64,000 bases of DNA from Candidatus Fraserbacteria bacterium (GTDB lineage: Bacteria > Bipolaricaulota > Bipolaricaulia > RBG-16-55-9), in assembly GCA_037442925.1 (NCBI GenBank), contig JBBIPG010000003.1, positions 2,913 through 66,912 of the forward strand, in the 5' to 3' direction. The notes below the pieces were generated by a model, which was not told the DNA's origin, did not search any database, and saw only the letters and a program-made list of their open reading frames with translations. The translations under genes and the position numbers were made by a program. Positions 57,868-64,000 of this stretch are shown here, piece after piece (positions within the stretch are counted from its first letter, which is position 1; the number at the start of each line of letters is the position of its first letter).

Positions 57868-58593
57868 CTAGGGAAGGGCGAGCTTCGCTTTCAGCTTGTC
57901 AATGCGGACTTCGATCTCTTGAGGATCTGCCTCGCGGGCCATGAGTGCGTGCAGCTCTTCCAGATCGCCCAGGATCTCTGTGGCTTGGTCTTGCTGGCGA
58001 AGAGAGTGGATCAGCTTGTCCAGTAGTTGGAGCGCATCGTTGTGTTCATTACGGCGGGTGGCCAGCGAAATGGCGTTGAGCTTGGCTCGTAAATAGAAGA
58101 TCTGGCCTTCCGGGCCTAGAATCGCCTCGATTGAGGGCAGGCCGGTCCGGGCTTTCTCGGGCAGACGATCCACCGGCACAGATGTTGGCTTTTGAGGCCC
58201 AAGCACGACAATCCGGCCGACCATCCCAAAGTACTCATGAGGCAGGCAATAGTAATCGTAGACGCCCGGCACGGTGAAAGTCCTTGTGAAGGTAGCTCCT
58301 ATCTCGGTGATGATGCCGGAATCCCAAGGCTCAGCAGTTTGGGGAATGCGCTGCTCTTTCCCGTAGGCGGGATGATAGGCCGTCGTCGAATGGCCGTCCA
58401 CGGTGATCTCCTGCCAGACCCATTCGATCTCATCTCCTGGCTGGATCAAGAGGCCCGGTGGGTCAAAAGAGAAATCCCGGATCTCGACGACGTAGTGCTC
58501 TGCTGGCTCTTTGCGAGGTGTCCGGGGATAAAGGAGAAGGGCTCCCAACCCGACCAGCAGCAGCACGACGATCAGTCCAAGGCTCTTGAGCAT
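57868..58593 (-). CDS. Cupredoxin (plastocyanin/azurin-like type 1 copper protein) with a C-terminal helical extension
   Basis: H...CLPHEYFGM type-1 copper ligand pattern and an N-terminal TM anchor. Start ambiguous between ATG 58593 and TTG 58605. Confidence 0.75.
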   Translation of the reverse strand: MLKSLGLIVVLLLVGLGALLLYPRTPRKEPAEHYVVEIRDFSFDPPGLLIQPGDEIEWVWQEITVDGHSTTAYHPAYGKEQRIPQTAEPWDSGIITEIGATFTRTFTVPGVYDYYCLPHEYFGMVGRIVVLGPQKPTSVPVDRLPEKARTGLPSIEAILGPEGQIFYLRAKLNAISLATRRNEHNDALQLLDKLIHSLRQQDQATEILGDLEELHALMAREADPQEIEVRIDKLKAKLALP

Positions 58594-58626
58594 GTTCGCT
58601 GGCAACGGGAAGCGGGGGCGGGCCGG

Positions 58627-58663
58627 GCCGAGCCGAGCCGAGCCGAGCCGAGCCGAGCCGAGC
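58627..58663. repeat. Pentanucleotide microsatellite (GCCGA)7 in the promoter/5' region of the cupredoxin gene
   Basis: Seven perfect tandem copies read directly from the sequence (gccgagccgagccgagccgagccgagccgagccgagc), ~35-70 nt upstream of the gene start. Confidence 0.85.
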
Positions 58664-58701
58664 AGCCCGGTCCAACCTCACATTACATTCGGTCTCTGCA
58701 C

Positions 58702-59229
58702 TCAGAGGGGGACGATCTGACCGCGGATCTCACCGGCTGCATTGGCGCCGGTATGAATATTGAAGTAGAGTTGGCCTTGCAATAACGGCTGTACTAGATT
58801 TGCTGGCACAGTCCACTCCCCTTGGAGGAAGCCATTGGCCCCCGTCGGACATGAGGTGAGCAAAGCCGGGCCAGGAGCTCCACAGGCCGTCTGCACGACT
58901 CCGCCTGCGGTGGCGGGGGGGCCGTTGTGAAAGTGGGCTGCCGTCGGGGGACCGCTCAGGCTGCGATAGGCGACCGCGAAGCTCAGCACATTCGTCGTGG
59001 GGTTGAAATAGAAGACGCCCGCGCCGATCACTCCTCCCTGTACCCCTTGTGGAGCTGGGGTCTCCTGAGCTACCGTGAGGGTAGCCGTTAGCACAGTCCC
59101 GAAGGTGGCAGTCTGACTCTGCTGAGGCGGAGGTTGATGGTAGGGAGCTAAGCTTTTCTGCGTCACTCCAATGAGGAGCAATAGAGCCAGCCCCAATACA
59201 AGCACGCTTGTCAGCTTAAGATGCTTCAT
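58702..59229 (-). CDS. CHRD domain protein, secreted
   Basis: Signal peptide MKHLKLTSVLVLGLALLLLIGV. AHFHNGPPATAGGVV...GQLYFNIHTGANAAGEIRGQI matches the CHRD pattern. Confidence 0.75.
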   Translation of the reverse strand: MKHLKLTSVLVLGLALLLLIGVTQKSLAPYHQPPPQQSQTATFGTVLTATLTVAQETPAPQGVQGGVIGAGVFYFNPTTNVLSFAVAYRSLSGPPTAAHFHNGPPATAGGVVQTACGAPGPALLTSCPTGANGFLQGEWTVPANLVQPLLQGQLYFNIHTGANAAGEIRGQIVPL

Positions 59230-59428
59230 AGTAGATCTACCTCCCGAATAATCGGAAAGGTAGCCCGGCATCCCATAAAAAATCAACCAACACAAGGTCA
59301 ACCTGAGGTCAACGCCAGAGTATACTCGCATCTCCTTCATCGGCGGGGGATCGCTGGACGAATTAGAGCCAGGTGCAGTATTCTATGAAGCACGAGAATC
59401 ACTGCAAGAGTGAGGTGTTTGCCGGCAC

Positions 59429-60355
59429 ATGCCGACTGTTCCATCGCGCTTGACGCTCGTAGGGCTCGCCGTGGGACTTACGGTGGTCCTGACGGCAGTG
59501 TTGGGAACCCTCCACATCCATCGCTCTTGGGACAACTCCAAGAAGCGGTTCACCAAGCAGGCAGCTCTTTCGGCGCAGATCTTTGCGGAATCCCTAGCAC
59601 TTCAGACGGGCGAAAACCGGCTACGGCTCACGCAGGCCTTTGTCCGGGGGGATGTGCTCTACGCTCAGGTCGTGCGAGACAGGAGCGTTGAGGCCGAGGA
59701 CCGCACCGATGAGGCTCTGGAAGTCGCTCTGCCGGTAGAGGACTTTTCGGGTATCCTCATCAGGGAGAGGAGCTTCCCGGATGGCACCCGCTATTTGGAG
59801 ATTCTGCGTCCTCTCCCTGACCATGGCACGTTGCCAGCTCCTACAGAGCTAAACTATGTGCGCATCGGATTCTCGCTGCGTGAGGTGGTGAGTGCCCTTC
59901 AGGCGGAGATTCGGTTTGTCATCGAAGTGGGGCTTGTAGTTCTCCTGGTGGTTGGGCTGCTTGCCGCAGCGTATCTACGGCTCTTCCCAGACAAGACAGC
60001 AGCTCCTCGTTCTTCACCAGAAGAGGCTTCCGACGGGAACTTGATCCGCGCTGGACCTCTTGTTATCGATGCCAAGAGAAAAGAGGTGCGACTGGGTGCA
60101 CAACGGGTGGATCTTTCTCCTAAAGAGTATGAGTTGATAAGCGTATTGGCTTCCGAACCCGATCGGGTCTTCTCCAATCAGGAGTTGTTGGAGCGGGTCT
60201 GGGCGCGGAGTTATGGTGCCACTGCCAAGGACGTTAAGCAATACATCTATCTGTTGAGAAAGAAGCTGGAGCGGGATCTAGAGCAGCCTCCGCTCATCGT
60301 GACGGTGAGGGGCTTCGGCTACAAGTTCGCTGCCTGGCCAGGGGAGAGGGGTTGA
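59429..60355 (+). CDS. Membrane-anchored one-component regulator: TM, periplasmic loop, TM, then a C-terminal OmpR/PhoB-type winged-helix DNA-binding domain
   Basis: Two TM segments (res ~8-28 and ~165-190) and a C-terminal Trans_reg_C domain (VDLSPKEYELISVLASEP...ELLERVW...TVRGFGYKF). No receiver domain. Confidence 0.75.
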   Translation: MPTVPSRLTLVGLAVGLTVVLTAVLGTLHIHRSWDNSKKRFTKQAALSAQIFAESLALQTGENRLRLTQAFVRGDVLYAQVVRDRSVEAEDRTDEALEVALPVEDFSGILIRERSFPDGTRYLEILRPLPDHGTLPAPTELNYVRIGFSLREVVSALQAEIRFVIEVGLVVLLVVGLLAAAYLRLFPDKTAAPRSSPEEASDGNLIRAGPLVIDAKRKEVRLGAQRVDLSPKEYELISVLASEPDRVFSNQELLERVWARSYGATAKDVKQYIYLLRKKLERDLEQPPLIVTVRGFGYKFAAWPGERG

Positions 60356-60370
60356 CTAAATGAGGAGGAG

Positions 60371-60985
60371 ATGACTATGACGCGAAAGATGAAGCTCATG
60401 CTACTCTATGGGTTGTTGATATATATCCTCGTGAGCTGGGCCGGTTCCTTGCAGGCTTCCAGACACGGAGGACTGACGCAAGATCAGCTTCAGCAGCTTC
60501 GCGAAGTGACAGAAGCAGCGACAGGGCAGATCTCTCAAGCAATTACTCACACGCTCTTTGCTTGGTCTGCCCTCAGTCGCGGGGATGTCGCTGCTGGAGA
60601 CGCACACGTCCACCATGCGATCAATATCATCGAGGGTCCCGAGGGAGAGCATTACGATGCCTCCTACGGCGGCCCAAAGGAAGGAATCGGCGATGGGGTG
60701 GGGGCATGGGTCCATGCGCAGCGTCTCTTTGCACTTTTGGAACAGACACCTCAAGGCAGCAATTACCTCTTCGCCGGGGAGAATGTCCTGCTCTTCCTGA
60801 CAGCGACGATCTCTCATGAACTGGGCGCCTTAGAGCAGATCAAGAGCGATCCAGCTGCAGCCATGGGAGAGCTTCGCCAAGCTCAAGGGCTGCTCATGGC
60901 AGCCCGCGGCTCCCAGGAGGAGAAGGAGCGCCCCACCGAAGGTGGGACGCGCACCATTCTGGCATGGCTCTCAGAGACTCCTTGA
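60371..60985 (+). CDS. Secreted hypothetical protein, co-operonic with the membrane wHTH regulator
   Basis: Signal peptide (MKLMLLYGLLIYILVSWAGSLQA). 15 nt downstream of the regulator gene. Confidence 0.55.
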   Translation: MTMTRKMKLMLLYGLLIYILVSWAGSLQASRHGGLTQDQLQQLREVTEAATGQISQAITHTLFAWSALSRGDVAAGDAHVHHAINIIEGPEGEHYDASYGGPKEGIGDGVGAWVHAQRLFALLEQTPQGSNYLFAGENVLLFLTATISHELGALEQIKSDPAAAMGELRQAQGLLMAARGSQEEKERPTEGGTRTILAWLSETP

Positions 60986-61000
60986 GAGGAACAGCTCGCT

Positions 61001-61771
61001 TCAGATCTCATAGCCACTAACGATCTTCTTCTCTGCGCCGGTGATCACCACGTGCACCTCAAAGTGGTCCTTGATGCCGGAGTTCACAAGCTTCGGTTTT
61101 AAGAGGTTGTCCAGTTGAAAGATGCCTGCGGAATTCGACATGCGGATCTCGATGCATACGGGTTTCTGATCGCCTTTGCGCACGCGAACTTTTTCAATGG
61201 CTAGAGCCGAGACGGCATGGATCGTAGGAGAGCCTTTGGCAAAGGGAATGCGAGCTCGACCCTGTTCCATATCCAACGCATCGGATACCTTAAGGACTCC
61301 GGCTTCGAGAGTGAGAGGCTGTATCTCCGTCTGGTGTGCGCAGATCGCGTGCAAGATCTCGGAGAGCAGGATGGCCTTCTCACGCTCTTCATAGAGTCCG
61401 TCCAGTAGCTCATTCACCATAGGTGGCGCAAGGGCTACTGAAAAATTCTCGTGGTTCTCGCGATGGACGATATGGCCAATATCATGGAGGCACCCGGCCA
61501 ACACAACGACCAGCTCCGCATCTTCCTTGGTGAGCTGGTGGTTGATCTCGACACTTGTTTGGATGCCCTGTTTTCTTAAGAGTCGCAGGATTCTCAGCGC
61601 CAGATTGCAGACGATCTTGATATGAATGGGCCCGTGATCGTTGATGCCCATGCGATCAATCGCATTCACATTGGAGCAAGCCCATAATGTCTGAAGAGCC
61701 GCGTGAGCGTCGATGCGTTCCACGAGCGTCTTTAACTTGACATTGCCCTCGACGGGGAGATTGAGCGCCAT
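61001..61771 (-). CDS. HD-domain phosphohydrolase
   Basis: The H...HD...H...D metal-binding pattern (GPIHIKIV...CLHDIGH). Confidence 0.75.
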   Translation of the reverse strand: MALNLPVEGNVKLKTLVERIDAHAALQTLWACSNVNAIDRMGINDHGPIHIKIVCNLALRILRLLRKQGIQTSVEINHQLTKEDAELVVVLAGCLHDIGHIVHRENHENFSVALAPPMVNELLDGLYEEREKAILLSEILHAICAHQTEIQPLTLEAGVLKVSDALDMEQGRARIPFAKGSPTIHAVSALAIEKVRVRKGDQKPVCIEIRMSNSAGIFQLDNLLKPKLVNSGIKDHFEVHVVITGAEKKIVSGYEI

Positions 61772-61776
61772 AGAAG

Positions 61777-62301
61777 TCAGGCGGGAGATTGGTCGGACTG
61801 ATGGATTTGCCTTATACGCTCGATGCCGTGAATCTCATCGATCACTTTGCAGACGGGCTTGGGCACGTAGCGGCGCCACTCTTCGCCTTGGAGCATCAGC
61901 TCACGGATCTTGGTGCCCCAGTAGTATTTGCGGTTGACGGCGGGCACTTGCTTGACGGGGATGTTCGCTTCCTCGAAGAGTCGAATCACCAAGGGATTAT
62001 TCGAGTAGACGAGATCGAAGGGCGGAGTGAGACGCCTGATATGAGCGACATAGAGTGCGTTCTGTTCGATATCTTCAATGGGCAACACATACTTGGTCAT
62101 GGGGTGATCACTCAAGGCCCGTATGATCATCATGATGCGCTCGCCGGCCGTAAAGGGATCTTTCAATGTGTGGCTGTACTGTGCTGAACCTATGGCGATG
62201 ATGAGTTCATCGACCTCGGACGAAATTGACCGGATGACCGCATCGTGACCATTGTGGTACGGTTGGAAGCGCCCTAGGAAGAGTGCGCGTTTGGGGTTCA
62301 T
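61777..62301 (-). CDS. Nicotinamide-nucleotide adenylyltransferase, archaeal type
   Basis: GRFQPYHNGH signature and ISSEVDELIIAIGSAQ. Confidence 0.85.
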   Translation of the reverse strand: MNPKRALFLGRFQPYHNGHDAVIRSISSEVDELIIAIGSAQYSHTLKDPFTAGERIMMIIRALSDHPMTKYVLPIEDIEQNALYVAHIRRLTPPFDLVYSNNPLVIRLFEEANIPVKQVPAVNRKYYWGTKIRELMLQGEEWRRYVPKPVCKVIDEIHGIERIRQIHQSDQSPA

Positions 62302-62567
62302 TGCTTCGCATCTCCGTTTCCTACTCGTTTAGCCAGCTTCGGTTCTACCAGGACGCGAATCTCTTCCACAGAGGGCAGTCGGCCCTCTTTTCCGATGCAA
62401 TAGATGGGCTCCTGATCCAGTTCAATGGTGAAGACTCCATTGGTCCCAGGGACGAGCTCGAGGGATTTGATCTGCTGTGGGTACTCGTCTAAGAGCAGCT
62501 TGGCAATCTCCAGGGCTCGGCCCAAGAACATGCACTCGACACAATACTGGATGGCGATCTTGGCCAT
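62298..62567 (-). CDS. SelW/SelT-like Rdx family redox protein (Cys-containing homolog)
   Basis: IQYCVEC CxxC motif near the N-terminus, ~90 aa, Rdx-fold pattern. Confidence 0.7.
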   Translation of the reverse strand: MAKIAIQYCVECMFLGRALEIAKLLLDEYPQQIKSLELVPGTNGVFTIELDQEPIYCIGKEGRLPSVEEIRVLVEPKLAKRVGNGDAKQ

Positions 62568-62676
62568 CGCGGTGTCCCCTCCTCGGGGTCATTGTACTGC
62601 ATAGGGCACCTTGCGTTCACGACGCATACAGCTTATAACTCAATGGAGTTCGACCACAAACAAGAGGAGGAATAAG

Positions 62677-63210
62677 ATGGGGAAATTAGACTTTGGTGCA
62701 CTCGCTCTAGATTTTCAGCTGAAGGGGATCGATGGTAAGGTCCATTCTCTGGCGGACCTACGAGGTCAGAAAGCAACTGCCGTAGTCTTCTCCTGCAATC
62801 ACTGCCCGTACGTGCGGGCATACGAAGACAGGTTGATTGCGATCCAGCGTGATTACTACAACAAAGGAGCGCGCTTCATCTTCATCAACTCGAATGATGA
62901 CCAGAAATATCCCGATGATAGCCTTGAGAAGATGATCGAGCGCGCACAGCAGAAGGGTTACAATTTTCCGTATCTTCGGGATGAATCGCAGGAGACGGCG
63001 CGCGCGTACGGAGCTCAGCGGACTCCCGAGGTCTTTCTGTTCGATCAGAACTTGAAACTGCGTTATCACGGCACGATTGATGACAACTGGGAGAAGCCGG
63101 AGAAAGTGACTCGACGCTACTTGCGAGAGGCCCTCGATGCTGTGCTCCGCGGTCAAGAGCCTGCGATCCAAGAAACGCAACCCGTGGGGTGCACGATCAA
63201 GTGGAAGTAG
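62677..63210 (+). CDS. Thioredoxin-fold protein (TlpA/peroxiredoxin-like thioredoxin family)
   Basis: FSCNHCPY CxxC motif. Start at the ATG with GAGGAGG upstream. Confidence 0.8.
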   Translation: MGKLDFGALALDFQLKGIDGKVHSLADLRGQKATAVVFSCNHCPYVRAYEDRLIAIQRDYYNKGARFIFINSNDDQKYPDDSLEKMIERAQQKGYNFPYLRDESQETARAYGAQRTPEVFLFDQNLKLRYHGTIDDNWEKPEKVTRRYLREALDAVLRGQEPAIQETQPVGCTIKWK

Positions 63211-63233
63211 CTGCCAGTCAAGAACGTAGGAGA

Positions 63234-63731
63234 TCAGGAGAGCTTCTCATCAGCTGAATCGCTTTCTTGGGGTGCTTGATGCTCGCTGCTGCTTCCGATT
63301 GGTAGGGAGTTCCTGGCAGGTCGGAGACTTAAGACCGCTATGAGAAGTACAAACACGAGTAGAACTCCGAAGTCTATTGTTCCCTTCCAACTGCCAACCT
63401 CCAGGGTGATAAAGCTTATGATGCTCTTCCGATTGATCTGAGCGAGGAGTTCAATCGTGATGATGATAACCGTCAGCCAGACACCCCAGCCTTTCTGTGT
63501 ATAGAGCCCGTAGGCGGAAACTAGAAGCGAAAGCGCAAGGACAGCGATGAGAGCCAAGGCGAGAGCTTTTGCAATCTCTATGCTGATTCCAGAGATCGTG
63601 GTCGACACCTGAAACTGAATAGGCATGAGCCCTGTCAAGCCCAATAGTTCAAAAACCACCAGATACAAACCACCTAGCACCAGCGTGATTGCCAAAGTCG
63701 TGACGATTGCCGGTCTCGCTTGTTGTGCCAT
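63234..63731 (-). CDS. Hypothetical membrane protein
   Basis: 4 hydrophobic segments. Confidence 0.55.
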   Translation of the reverse strand: MAQQARPAIVTTLAITLVLGGLYLVVFELLGLTGLMPIQFQVSTTISGISIEIAKALALALIAVLALSLLVSAYGLYTQKGWGVWLTVIIITIELLAQINRKSIISFITLEVGSWKGTIDFGVLLVFVLLIAVLSLRPARNSLPIGSSSEHQAPQESDSADEKLS

Positions 63732-63740
63732 GCATTCCTC

Positions 63741-64000
63741 CTATTTTAGCTGTGGTTGGGTTAGAGTAATCGCTTGAGCAGGTTGCGCTACGAGTGTGCC
63801 TTCAAACCAGATCTCCTGGTGGCCTCGTATGGGATATGTGGGATCAAACTCCGGAGGTATCTGAATGATGAAGCTCCCGTCCGGGTTGGCCTCTCCTTCG
63901 ATCTTCTGCCCCTTTCCATCGACGAAGATCAGATGAGCGCGGGCCGAGGCCGCAAGGGGTTGACCCGTGATAGCTTGTCCCTCAATCTGGATCTTAGCGG
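63741..64000 (-). CDS. Hypothetical protein, C-terminal part only (gene runs off the window edge)
   Basis: Open frame to the window end, read by hand (…AKIQIEGQAITGQPLAASARAHLIFVDGKGQKIEGEANPDGSFIIQIPPEFDPTYPIRGHQEIWFEGTLVAQPAQAITLTQPQLK*). Confidence 0.4.
   Translation of the reverse strand, partial: AKIQIEGQAITGQPLAASARAHLIFVDGKGQKIEGEANPDGSFIIQIPPEFDPTYPIRGHQEIWFEGTLVAQPAQAITLTQPQLK

Overview
High-GC (~60%) bacterial chromosomal segment, probably Chloroflexi-like: the malate dehydrogenase is of the LDH-like type and closest to Chloroflexus MDH, and there are many WD40, PKD and beta-helix secreted proteins. Housekeeping genes (mdh, smpB, HU, acyP, alaS, eno, the YjjX ITPase and NMNAT) alternate with accessory-looking blocks. 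(1) Left edge: a frameshifted secreted protein with dockerin-like repeats and a T9SS-type C-terminal sorting domain, then a DUF433/DUF5615 toxin-antitoxin-like pair, then a decayed SARP/AfsR-type STAND regulator (wHTH-BTAD-[NB-ARC]-TPR). This regulator is a broken paralog of an intact 1065-aa copy at 53822..57019. (2) A translationally coupled pair of paralogous MutS-domain-V-only ABC ATPases (26372..29388) sits between a UspA gene and a Na+/H+ antiporter gene. (3) An ~10.7-kb Bat-like operon on the minus strand: MoxR AAA+ ATPase, DUF58, a BatA-like protein, a double-VWA protein and three membrane or hypothetical proteins. (4) An ~10-kb minus-strand cluster of 8 secreted proteins (PKD, right-handed beta-helix, a WD40/beta-helix fusion, a tail-fiber-like protein, a lectin-like repeat propeller and others). 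It lies divergent from the intact STAND regulator, whose Shine-Dalgarno sequence is embedded in a perfect 8-bp hairpin. (5) A redox/copper-flavoured block: cupredoxin, CHRD protein, a membrane-anchored OmpR-type wHTH regulator, a SelW-like Rdx protein and a thioredoxin-like protein, with a (GCCGA)7 microsatellite in the cupredoxin promoter region. Other features: an unannotated 37-aa hyper-basic ORF with a strong SD, a near-consensus sigma70 promoter for HU, a GAGTC-motif repeat array ahead of alaS, and a probable rtcA 5' remnant. No tRNA, rRNA, CRISPR array, integrase or transposase was recognised.
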